In this document: positions 36,942-47,760 of the stretch, piece by piece | How the letters are laid out: every line of letters begins with the position of its first letter | Position numbering within the stretch: the stretch's first letter is position 1 | DNA from: Chrysemys picta bellii | Lineage: Eukaryota | Assembly: GCF_011386835.1 (NCBI RefSeq) | Contig: NC_088807.1 | Coordinates: 23,188,001 to 23,251,845, forward strand | DNA: 63,845 bases | Direction: 5' to 3' | Program-made: the position numbers and the translations under genes | The notes under the pieces: model-generated | What the model was told of the DNA's origin: nothing | Seen by the model: the letters and a program-made list of their open reading frames with translations, nothing else | The model's database searches: none

Positions 36942-37667
36942 AAAGTGACCCAGCTCCACCCCCTGCAGACATCTGTCATCTAGCTACCCCCATAGCCCCC
37001 CCAAATACCCCATAGCCCCCCAGCGAGCCCCATACACCCCCTTCTCTCGCTTTCCAGGCTCTGGCCGTTACAAAGGCGAGGATCTGCTCACAGGCAGCTC
37101 TCAGCTCTCTGGGCTCTCCCCTGTCGCTTTCCTCCCCGCGCGGCCGAGGGCCTGGGGCGGCTGGGACAATACGGAGGCGGCAGCACGTGTGGACGTGTCA
37201 CGCGCTGTCCCAAGTGGCCACTGGGTGTCAGCGCGCTGGGGTGTAGGGAGAGGGGGATCCCAGCAGGGGGCGCTCACCCCTAGGGTCAGGGCTGGCCCCC
37301 GTGCCCCGGTGTGGCACTAGGGGGCGTTGGGCTGCAGGGAGCGGGGGGAGTTCAGCAGGGGGCGCTGGGCTGTGGGGGCGGGGTGGGGGCTCTGCAGGGG
37401 GTGGGGCAGGGGGCTTGGCTGGGGGCCGTCTCCCCAGGCAGTCTGGGCTGGCCCCAATGCCCCAGGGCGGCGCTCGGGGGCGCTGGGCTGCATTGCACAT
37501 GATGGGTCCCTGGACTCACTTTTAATCCTGCCCCCGGCCGCATTTCCACCCGTTCGTCCTGCCCCAAAATCCCCCTTTTCCACCCCGGACTTTGCGTCAA
37601 GCCAGAAATCGCACCCCTCCCCCACAGAGACCAGGACACGCAGGGCAAGTTTGGCCCACACCAGCAG

Positions 37668-37673
37668 TTTATT
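37668..37673 (-). terminator. FGF21: FGF21 poly(A) signal; AU-rich elements upstream in the 3'UTR (37710-37840)
   Basis: AATAAA ~410 nt after the stop; several TATTTATT motifs on the minus strand. Confidence 0.7.
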
Positions 37674-38085
37674 CTGAAGCCATCGGCCACGAAACCACCA
37701 CGGACCCCGCAATAAATAGCCAGTCCTTGAACGATGCCCCAATAAATAACACGAATCCCCCCCCCCCCCCCGCCGCCCTGGATTCCACGAACCCACTCAA
37801 TAAATAAACCCGTCTGGATAATAAATAAGTTATTAAATACGTAGAAAAACAGGAACCAAATACAGCTGGTGGGAATCGGGCCCTAGGACCGATGGCGCTG
37901 CGTCTCGGGGACCACGGTCTCCCTCAAGCGGCTCAGCGCTGGCGTCCATACGTCCCAGTCCAGAGGAAATCGGTCCCAGAGTCAGGGAGAAAACCCAGGG
38001 GTCCTGCCTCCCAGCTCCCCCCGTCCTAATCGCTACACCCCACTCCCCTCCCAGAGCCGGGCAGGGGACCCAGGAGTCCAGGGTC

Positions 38086-38388
38086 TCAGAAGATGTAACT
38101 GGGGCTCAGAACCCGGGAGAGGCGACCCATCATGCTGAGGGGGTCGGAGGACTCCACGTCCAGCGGCGGGTCGCCGTAGAAGTCGTATTCCAGCAGGACG
38201 GGCTCCACCGGCACCCGGCTGACCATGGGCAGGAAGTGGAAGAGACGGGGGGCCGGGCGCCCCCGGCCGGGGTGCCCCTCCGCCGGCCGCAGGCTGACGG
38301 GGACGTTGTGGGTCTCGGAGAAGTAAAGGTTGTAACCATCACGCTGCACCTTCTCGCGGAAATTACAGGCCTCCTCCGAGTATGAGCT
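38086..38388 (-). CDS. FGF21: FGF21 exon 3
   Basis: EEACNFRE..DGYNLY..DPLSMMG..SPSY; acceptor CCCGCAG; phase 0. Confidence 0.95.
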   Translation of the reverse strand, partial: SSYSEEACNFREKVQRDGYNLYFSETHNVPVSLRPAEGHPGRGRPAPRLFHFLPMVSRVPVEPVLLEYDFYGDPPLDVESSDPLSMMGRLSRVLSPSYIF

Positions 38389-38905
38389 CTGCGGGGGAAG
38401 GAGATTACGGGGGCGCAGGTGAGCAGCTGTGTTTGAGGCCCCCATGCTCTAACCACTAGACCCCACTCCCTTCCCATAGCCCAGGAGAGAACCCAGGAGT
38501 CCTGGCTCCCAGCCTCCCCCGCTCTAACCACTAGACCCCACTCCCCTCCCAGAGCCCAGGAGAGAACCCAGGAGTCCTGGCTCCCAGCCATGCTCTAACC
38601 ACTAGACCCCACTCCCCTCCAAGAGCCCAGGAGAGAACCCAGGAGTCCTGGCTCCCAGCCCCCCTTGCTCTAACCACTGGACCCCACTCTCCTCCCAGAG
38701 CCTGGCAGAGAACCCAGGAGTCCTGGATCCCAGCCCACCCCCCCGCTCTAACCACAGGACCCCACTCTCCTCCCAGAGCCAGGATGGCAGGGAGGGGGAG
38801 CGATGCAGGGCTGGATGGGCCCTTTAGTTGGTTGTGTCCCCCTGTCCCGTCTAGCTAACCCCCCAGACACCCTCCCTGCCCCCCTGCTGCTGGGTTTCCA
38901 CTCAC

Positions 38906-39009
38906 CGCCCCATGCAGATGCCCACTGGGATCCATGCACAGGAACAGGAGCGTTTTCATTGCCTGAATCCGGATCACGCCAGGCTTCACCGCCTTAATCT
39001 CCATCAGAC
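38906..39009 (-). CDS. FGF21: FGF21 exon 2 (104 nt)
   Basis: LMEIKAVKPGVIRIQAMKTLLFLCMDPSGHLHGA; AG/GT flanks; phase 1 to 0. Confidence 0.95.
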
Positions 39010-39542
39010 CTGCAGCACCGGAGGCAGAGCGAAGTCAGCAAGGGAACCCAGGCGTCCGGGCTCCCAGACCCGCTCCTCTGCTCTAACCACTAGACCCCGC
39101 TCCCCTCCCAGAGCCGGGGAGAGAACCCAGGCGTCCTGGCTCCCAGACCCGCGCATCTGCTCTAACCACTAGACCCCACTCCCCTCCCAGAGCCGGGGAG
39201 AGAACTCAGGAGTCCTGTCTCCCGGCCCCCCCTGTTCTAACTACTAGACCCCGCTCCCCTCCCAGAGCCGGGGAGAGAACCCAGGAGTCCTAGCTCCCAG
39301 CTCCCCCTCCACTCCCCTTCCAGAGCCGGGGAGACAACCCAGGAGTCCTGGCTCCCAGCCCCCCCTGCTCTAACCACTGGACCCCACTCCGCTCCCAGAG
39401 CCGGGGAAAGAACCCAGGAGTCCTGGCTCCCAGCCCCCCCTGCTCTAACCACTAGACCCCACTCCCCTCCCAGAGCCAGGGAGAGAACCCAGGAGTCCTG
39501 GCTCGCCACCAGCCCCATCACCATCACCCCGCCGGTACTTAC

Positions 39543-39783
39543 TGTAGGGAGTCTGGTCGGGGGCCCCGCGCACCTCGCCCTGCGGGGTGATCTCCAGGTA
39601 CAGCTGCGTGTGGGCGTTGGCCGTGTACAGGTGTCGGAGCCGAACCTGCCCGTCAAACTGGTACAGGGGGCTGGAGTTCTGCAGGGGGGCGGCCTGGGAG
39701 GGCGCGGGGGGCCGGGTCCCCCACATCAGGGCAGCCAGCAGCAGCCAGGACTCTGCCGGGACAGGGGTCGAGCCACCCCACAT
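39543..39783 (-). CDS. FGF21: FGF21 exon 1
   Basis: Signal peptide then SSPLYQFDGQVRLRHLYT; donor A|GTAAGT; spliced product 215 aa. Confidence 0.92.
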
Positions 39784-40014
39784 GCTGAGGGCTGGCAGGC
39801 AGTGCTGGGTCCGAGCCCCAACCACTCCTGCTCTAACCACTAGCCCTCGCTCCTCTCCCAGAGCCGGGGAGGGAACCCAGGAGTCCGACCGTAGCAATGC
39901 TCCAGCAGACAGTCCGGGGGCGGGCAGGTCAGTGCGGGGGGACGTGCGAGGGGTCCTGGCCCGTCTTTGTCAGATCCTCGGTCCCGTTATTCTGAGCCTG
40001 GCAGGTCCCCTGGG

Positions 40015-40140
40015 CGCCTATTTATCCCCCTGGGCGGGTGTCCCCCCCGCCCCGGCCTGAGTCATGGGACCGGCTCCGGTCACTGACTCGCGGAGTCCGG
40101 CCAGCCGCGGCCACATGAAAAGAACCTGATGCAACGTGGG
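40015..40140 (-). promoter_or_regulatory. FGF21: FGF21 proximal promoter
   Basis: GATAAATA TATA-like box at ~40020, GC boxes, TGAGTCA at 40058-40064, TGATGCAAC at 40127-40135. Confidence 0.6.
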
Positions 40141-40164
40141 GAAAGGAGGGAGAGAAGGGGGGGC

Positions 40165-40720
40165 CGGATCCCCAAGCCCCCATCCCCCCGGGGTCCCCAC
40201 GCCCCCATCTGCCCATCCAGGGTCCCCGTCCCCCCATCTGGGGTCCCCAACCCCCCATCTGGGGTCCCCAGCCCCTGGAGTCCCCAGCCCCCCGTCCCTC
40301 CCCCCCGGGGTCCCCAACCACCATCTGGGGTCCTCAGCCTCTAGAGTCCCCAGCCCCCCATCACTCCCCGGGGTCCCCAAACCCGCCATCTGGGGTCCCC
40401 AGCCTCTAGAGTCCCCAGCCCCCCATCCCTCCCCCCGGGGTCCCCAACCCCACATCTGGGGTCCCCAGCCTCTAGAGTCCCCAGCCCCCCGTCCCTCCCC
40501 CCGGGGTCCCCAACCCCCCATCTGGGGTCCCCAGCCTCTGGAGTCCCCAAGTCCCCTGTCCCTCCCCCCTGGGGTCCCCATTCCTCCAGGGTCCCTTGCA
40601 CTCCCGTTCTGCCGTCCTCCCAGGGTCACCAGCTCCCGCATCCCTCTGGGCTCCCCCCAAAGCCCCTCTCCAGGGTCTCCAGCCCCCCATGGTCTGCATC
40701 CCCTATTCCCTCCCTCCCTC
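40165..40720. repeat. GGGGTCCCCAGCC minisatellite
   Basis: Direct reading. Confidence 0.85.
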
Positions 40721-41184
40721 TGGGGTCCCCCAACACCCTAACACCCCCACCACGATCCCTCCCGGGTCTCCCGACACGCAGATGCCATCCACCACCATCC
40801 CTCCCCCATCCCCAGAAACCCCTGCTGCCAGCTCTCCATCCACACCGCCCCCCGCTGTTTTTTGGGGTTCACCCCCCGTCCCTGTTGGACCAGAGCTCTT
40901 TGGGGGAAGGGGAACATGGGGGTCCAATGGTCAGAGAATGGACGCGTGTGTCGGGGACCCAGGACGCCTGGGTTCTCCCCCTGGCTCGGGAGGGGGAAGA
41001 GGATCTAGTGGTTAGAGTTGGGGGAGGGGAGCAGCCAGAACCCCTGGGTTTGCGCATCACCCTCCCCTTTGCCCCAGTCGCTTACTCAGGCCCACGGCTG
41101 TGCCCAGCCTCGGGGCACGTGGGCACGATGATTTCATCCCCGGGGAATTGGGACTTTGGGCCCGAAAGTGCTCACCCAGAACAG

Positions 41185-42590
41185 GCCGGGCACCGCACTG
41201 AGTGTGTCCCTGGCGCCCCCTGCTGGAGGGGCCGGGCCCTGCGCTCTGTGTGTCCCTGGCGCCCCCTGCTGGAGGGGCCGGGCCCTGCGCTGTGTGTGTG
41301 TCCCTAGCGCCCCCTGCTGGAGGGGCCGGGCCCTGCGTTCTGTGTGTGTGTGTCCCCCTGGCGCCCCCTGCTGGAGGGGCCGGGCCCTGCGCTGTGTGTG
41401 TCCCTGGCGCCCCCTGCTGGAGGGGCCGGGCACCGCACTGAGTGTGTCCCTGGCGCCCCCTGCTGGAGGGGCCGAGCCCTGCGCTGTGTGTGTGTGTGTC
41501 CCTGGCGCCCCCTGCTGGAGGGGCCGGGCCCTGCGCTGTGTGTGTCCCTGGCGCCCCCTGCTGGAGGGGCCGGGCCCTGCGCTCTGGGTGTGTCCCTGGC
41601 GCCCCCTGCTGGAGGGGCCGGGCCCTGCGCTCTGGGTGTCCCTGGCGCCCCCTGCTGGAGGGGCTGGGCCCTGCGCTCTGGGTGTGTCCCTGGCGCCCCC
41701 TGCTGGAGGGGCCGGGCCCTGCGCTCTGGGTGTGTCCCTGGCGCCCCCTGCTGGAGGGGCCGGGCCCTGCGCTGGGTGTGTCCCCGGCGCCCCCTGCTGG
41801 AGGGGCCGGGCCCTGCGCTGTGTGTGTCCCTGGCGCCCCCTGCTGGAGGGGCCGGGCACCGCACTGAGTGTGTCCCTGGCGCCCCCTGCTGGAGGGACCG
41901 GGCCCTGCGCTGTGTGTGTGTCCCTGCGCCCCCTGCTGGAGGGGCCGGGCCCCGCGCTCTGTGTGTCCCTGGCGCCCCCTGCTGGAGGGGCCGGGCCCTG
42001 CGCTGTGTGTGTGTCCCTGGCCCCCCCTGCTGGAGGGGCCGGGCCCCGCGCTGTGTGTGTGTGTGTCCCTGGCGCCCCCTGCTGGAGGGGCCGGGCCCTG
42101 TGCTCTGTGTGTCCCTGGCGCCCCCTGCTGGAGGGGCCGGGCCCTGCGCTCTGTGTGTCCCTGGCGCCCCCTGCTGGAGGGGCCGGGCCGGCGCTGTGTG
42201 TGTGTCCCCCTGGCGCCCCCTGCTGGAGGGGCCGGGCCCCGCGCTGTGTGTGTCCCTGCGCCCCCTGCTGGAGGGGCCGGGCCCTGCGCTCTGTGTGTGT
42301 CCCTGGCGCCCCCTGCTGGAGGGGCCGGGCCCCGCGCTGTGTGTGTCCCTGCGCCCCCTGCTGGAGGGGCCGGGCCCTGCGCTGTGTGTGTGTCCCTGGC
42401 GCCCCCTGCTGGAGGGGCCGGGCCCTGCGCTCTGTGTGTGTGTGTGTCCCTGGCGCCCCCTGCTGGAGGGGCCGGGCCCCGCGCTGTGTGTGTGTCCCTG
42501 GCCCCCCCTGCTGGAGGGGCCGGGCCCTGCGCTCTGTGTGTGTCCCTGCGCCCCCTGCTGGAGGGGGCGGACCCTGCGCTGTGTGTGGGT
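41185..42590. repeat. ~48-bp tandem array (29 units) carrying GCGCCCCCTGCTGG
   Basis: Units counted by eye; 27 intact, 2 read GCCCCCCCTGCTGG; variable (TG)n spacer. Confidence 0.95.
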
Positions 42591-43059
42591 GTCAAAAGTA
42601 GCTACTCAGAACATCTGCAAACACCTCACAACATCCGGCCCCTGTGTACAGCTAACAGGATTAGTTTATTGTGGGGCGAGGGGGGTCTGGTGGTTGCGGG
42701 GGTGGGGGGGAGCTGGGAGCCAAGACTCCTGGGTCCTAGCCCTGGCTCTGGGAGGGGAGTGGGCTCTAGTGGGTTAGAGCCGGGGGGCTGGGAGCCCGGA
42801 CGCTTGGGTTCTCCTTGCCCACAAGCCCGGTCCGTGAGGTTCAGCTCCCTGGCTCTCAAAGTGTAAACAGAGCCGATGAAAATATAAATATTTGGCTTTG
42901 CCACATGACCAGGCAGCGAGCCGCCCAGTGGGGCAAAGGTCGGGCTACAGGGATGCGCCCGATTGTGCCCAGGTCCCAGGCCTGGCACGGGCAGTTCCCA
43001 TCCCCACCCGGCGCAAGTAGCACGGCTGGTGCGGCCTCCGTGGGCCCGATCCACCTTCC

Positions 43060-44200
43060 CCTTTGGGCATGTACCCAGGGCCCACCCCTGGCACTACGCG
43101 CCTCACGCCGGGTCCCGATGCCCCAGCCGTGCCACGCCCATTCCTGGCACTATGGGCCTCACACCGGGTCCCATTGCCCCAGCCATGCCATGCCTACCCC
43201 CGGCACTACAGGCCCCACACCAGGTCCCATTCCCCCAGCAGTCACCACCCCTGGCACTACACACCCCACGCCTGGTCCCATTGCCCCAGACATGCAGACC
43301 CCCGGCACTACATGCCCCATCCGTGCCATGCCCACCCCTGGCACTACGCACACCACACCGGGTGCCAACCCCCCAGCCGTGCCATACCCACCCCTGCTAC
43401 TACAGACCCCACATCGGGCCCCAACACCTCAGCTGTGCCCATCCCTGGCACTAGGAGCCCACGCCGGGTCCCATTGTCCCAGGCGTGCCCACCCCTGGCA
43501 CTATGGGTCCCACACTGGGTCCCAATGCCCCAGCTGTGCCGTGCCCACCTCTGGCACTATGTGCCCCACGCCGGGTCCCGACGCCCCAGCCATGCGATGC
43601 CCACCCCTGGCACTACAGACCTCACACCAGGTCCCATTGCCCCAGCCATGCCCACCCCCGGCACTACGGGCCCCACATTGGGTCCCATTGCCCCAGCCAT
43701 GCGCACCCCTGGCACTATGGGTCCCACACCGGGTCCCGACGCCCCATCCATGCCATGCCCACCCCTGGTACTACAGACCCCACAGTGGGTCCATTGCCCC
43801 AGCCGTGCCCACCCCTGGCACTATGCGCCCCACAGTGGGTCCCATTGCCCCAGCCATGCCCACCCCTGGCACTATGAGCCCTGCACGGGGTCCCATTGCC
43901 CCAACCGTGCCATGCCCACCCCTGGCACTATGGGCCCCATACCGGGTCCAGCCGCACCAGCTGTGATGTGCCCATCCCCGGCACTATGCGCCCTATGCCT
44001 GGTCCCATTGCCCCAGCCATGCCCACCCCTGGCACTATGCGCCCTATGCCGGGTCCCATTGCCCCAACCATGCCATGCCCACCCCTGGCACTATGGGCCC
44101 CATGCCGGGTCCAGCCGCACCAGCTGTGATGTGCCCACTCCTGGCACTACAGACCCCACACTGGGTCCGACACCCCAGCCGTGCCCACCCCTGGCACTAG
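43060..44200. repeat. ~40-55-bp CCCACCCCTGGCACTA..GGGTCCCATTGCCCCAGCC minisatellite
   Basis: Direct reading. Confidence 0.9.
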
Positions 44201-44459
44201 GCCTGCAGGTGCGCGGGGCCACACCGGTTTCTGCTGACTCATCTGTACCCATGAGCTCATTGCCCGGGCCGGCCCGCGGCTCGCCCAGACCGGTTGGCGT
44301 TTGTTTCTGTGTCATCGGCGGGTCCAGCTTCACCGGGACTTTGCCTGATACGCGCGGGCTCGGTGCCAGGGCAAACATGACCCCAGCTCCCCCCCCCGCC
44401 GCCCGAGCCAGGCCGGCGCCTGATGCAACTTCCCACATGCCTGCAGCTGAGCATGCAGC

Positions 44460-45020
44460 CCCCCAGGACCCCCAGGGCCTCCCCGAGCCAGGGACCCCAG
44501 GGCCTCCCCAGCCCATGTCCCCAGGCCCCCCCCAGCCAGTGTCCCTAGGGCCTCCCCTAGCCAGGGACCCCAGGCCCCCCCAGCCAGCGTCCCAGGGCCT
44601 CCTCGAGTCAGGGACCCCAGGCCCCCCCAGCCAGCGTCCCAGGGCCTCCCTGAGCCAGGGACCCCAGGGCCCCGCAGCCCATGTCCCCAGGCACCCGCCC
44701 AGCCTGCGTCCCCAGGCCCTCCCCAGCCAGTGTCCCTAGGGCCCCCCTGAGCCAGGGACCCCAGGCCCCCCAGCCCATGTCCCCAAGCCCCCCCAGCCAG
44801 CGTCCCTAGGGCCCCCCCCGAGCCCGTGTCCCTAGGGCCCCCCCCAGCCCATGTCCCCAGGCACCCGTCCAGCCTGCATCCCCAGCGCCCCCCCCAGCCC
44901 GCGTCCCCACAGCCACCCTCCTGAGCCAGGGACCCCAGGCCCCCCCCAGCCAGTGTCCCTCGGGCTCCCCCGAGCCAGGACCCCAGGGCCACCCTCCTGA
45001 GCCAGGGCCCCCAGGGCTCC
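44460..45020. repeat. GAGCCAGGGACCCCAGGG minisatellite
   Basis: Direct reading. Confidence 0.85.
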
Positions 45021-46164
45021 TCCAGCCTGTGGCCCCAGCCCCCTTCCCCCTCCCCCGCTTAGTACCCAGCTTCCCCCCTTCCCCGCCTAGTCCCCAGCTT
45101 CCCCCCCTCCCCCTCCCCCCCCCCCCCCCGCCCAGCTCTGGGAATGATGACTTGCAATTTCTATCTCATCCAAAAGGAATGTGCTGTCATGTGCCCTGCA
45201 GCTGGGGGGGGGGAGTGCGGGAGCTGTTTATAGGGGGGACCCCTTCACCCAGCGCTGAGAAACAGGGGCCTGGAGCCAGGATGCCTGGGTTCTCTCCTGG
45301 CTCGGGGAGGGGGGTCTAGTGGTTAGAGTGGGGGTGCTGGGGGCCAGGACGCCTAGGTTCTCTCCCTGACTGGGAGGGGAGTGGGCTCCAGTGGTTAGAG
45401 CAGGGGGGGCTGGGGGCCAGGACTCCTGGGTTCTCTCCTGGCTCTGGAAGGGGAGTGGGGTCCAGTGGTTAGAGCAGGGGCGGGCTGGGAGCCAGGACTC
45501 CTGGGTTCTCTCCTGGCGCTGGGACGGGAGTGGGGTCTAGTGGTTGGGGGGGTGGGGGCTGGAGGCCAGGACTCCAGGGTTCTCTCCCTGGCTTGGGAGG
45601 GGAGTGGGGTCTAGTGGTTGGGGGGGGGCTGGAGGCCAGGACTCCTGGGTTCTCTCCCTGGCTTGGGAGGGGAGTGGGGTCTAGTGGTTGGGGGGGGGGC
45701 TGGAGGCCAGGACTCCTGGGTTCTCTCCTAGCACTGGGACGGGAGTGGGGTCTAGTGGGTGGAGCAGGGGGCTGGGAGCCAGGACTCCTGGGTTCTCTTC
45801 CGGCTGCCACCGCGCCCAGCTCACGAGGAAACCAGTCACCCCCCATGATGACACCCTCCATCCATCCCAGATATCCGCCCCCCACACACACACAGCACGT
45901 TCCAGGATGCGCTTCCGATCCCCCGCATCCGAGCCTGCGTCAGGCCAGGGCTGGGTACAGCTGGCGGGGGCGAGGGGCTGATGGATGGCTTGGCCCGGCC
46001 TCCCCCCGCGCCAGGTGGCTCCGATCTAAATATTTACAGCCTTCCTGCCCCCAATTGGGGCTGATGTTGCGGTGGGGGGACAGGCAGCTGACCCTGGCCA
46101 CAGACCAGCAGGGCCAAGGGGGTGATGTAATAGGGGCAGTGGGCGCTGGGGGGCAGAGGGAACA

Positions 46165-46800
46165 AAGATAGAAATGGAAAATACCCATCAGTAAAAAGCG
46201 AGATGGAAAAAGTGAAAAAATCAAAAGAACGAGAGAACGAACGAAAAACTAGAAAAAAACAAATGAAAACCTGGGAAGAATGAATGAAAAAGTGGAAAGA
46301 ACAAATAGACAGCGAGGAAGAATTTATGAAACACTGGAAAGAACCAGAGACCGAATAAAAACGAGAAAAAACGAATGAAAAACCGGAAAGAGCAAATAAA
46401 AAGCGAGGAAGAATTTGTGAAATGCTACAAAGAACCAGAGACCGAATAAAAAATGAGGAAGAATGAATGAAAAACTGGGAAGACCAAGGGACTGAATGAG
46501 AAACGAGGAAGAAGAAAGAATAAACTACAGCGAACGAATAAAAAGGGGGAAGAATCCGTGAACCACTAGAAAGAGCCAGAGACCGAATGAAAACCTAGAC
46601 CGGACCCGAGAACACACGAAAAACTAGGAAAAATGAAACCTAGGAAGAAGGAATGGAGACAAAGAAAGACAGAAAGAGAAAACCGTGAAAGAAAGAGACA
46701 TTTGAAAGCTGAATGACAAAAGCGACAGGCAGGGGAGGGTCCCGGCCCGGTCCCGGCCCGAAGAAACAGAAGAATAAGACAAGACAAAAGAAAAGCTGGC
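46165..46800. repeat. A/G-rich low-complexity island with decayed ~85-90-bp repeats
   Basis: GAAAGAACCAGAGACCGAATAAAAA-like motif three times. Confidence 0.7.
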
Positions 46801-47374
46801 GGAGGGAGGCCAGGAGCGGTGGAGGGAAGGCGGCCGGCCCCAGCGAGCGGGGGTGTCCGATAGGGAAGTGGGGGGCTCCATCAGAAGAGAGGACCCCACA
46901 GCTCAGCCACCGGGGGAGAGGGGAAAGGCCCCACGCCCCATTCCCCACCCCCCTGAGCCAGCCAGTCCCTGCCCTGGGGCCGGATGGGAGCCGGCGCCCC
47001 CTAGAGGGGACAGGCCCCGCGCCCCATTCCCCACCCCCGGAGCCAGCCAGTCCCTGCCCTGGGCCCGGATGGGAGCCGGCGCCCCCTAGAGGGGAAAAGC
47101 CCCGTGTCCGTCCATCCCCCCCAGGGCCTGTTGGGAGGCATGGAGCTCTGGCTGGGCCCTGGGCAACAGGGGCTGAGTGATGCCGGGGGTGGGAGAGAAA
47201 TGGGGCAATGCCCCCCCCCCCACTGAGCTATGGGCCATCCCCTAACTCCCCCCTCAATCCTTTCCTCCAGCCCAGTTCCTCTCTAACCCCTCCTGCCTTA
47301 TGGTCATGGTTCCCATGCAGCACCCGGCACCATGGGGCCCTGATCTTGGTCCGGGAGGGGGGGGGGGGGGGATT

Positions 47375-47670
47375 CTGTGCAGCGCCCGGTGCGACGGGGT
47401 CCTGATCTCAGTCGGGGGTGGGGGGGTTGTGCAGCACTGGCGCGACGGGGCCCTGATCTCAGTCGGGGGGGGGGGGGGGTTGTACAGCACCCGGCGTGAC
47501 GGGGCCCTGATCTCAGTCGGGGGGGGGGGGGGTTGTACAGCACCTGGCGCGACGGGGCCCTGATCTCAGTCGGGGGGGGGGTTGTACAGCACCCAGCGCG
47601 ACGGGGCCCTTATCTCAGTCGGGGGGGGGGTTGTACAGCACCCGGCGCGATGGGGCCCTGATCTCAGTGG
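47375..47670. repeat. ~55-bp GCGACGGGGCCCTGATCTCAGTCGGGG minisatellite
   Basis: About 5 units. Confidence 0.85.
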
Positions 47671-47754
47671 GAGGGGGGGACACGACTCCTGTAGCACCCG
47701 CTGTCCCCCATCCCCTGACACAGACTCTGGACCCAGCCGGTTGGTTTCGTTGAG

Positions 47755-47760
47755 TTTAAT
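47755..47760 (-). terminator. BCAT2: Candidate BCAT2 poly(A) signal (ATTAAA)
   Basis: Variant hexamer ~780 nt after the stop; not independently supported. Confidence 0.35.

Noticed and set aside
39784-39897. N-terminal extension of FGF21 in the ORF track
   Set aside because: Non-ATG start running through minisatellite-derived sequence; ATG 39783 gives a normal signal peptide.
41185-42590. CRISPR-like repeat-spacer array
   Set aside because: The spacers are not unique (only TG length varies), there are no cas genes, and the host is a vertebrate; it is a minisatellite.
46190-46450. Lys/Glu-rich coiled-coil coding exon
   Set aside because: Frequent stops and no splice signals; a by-product of A/G-rich composition.
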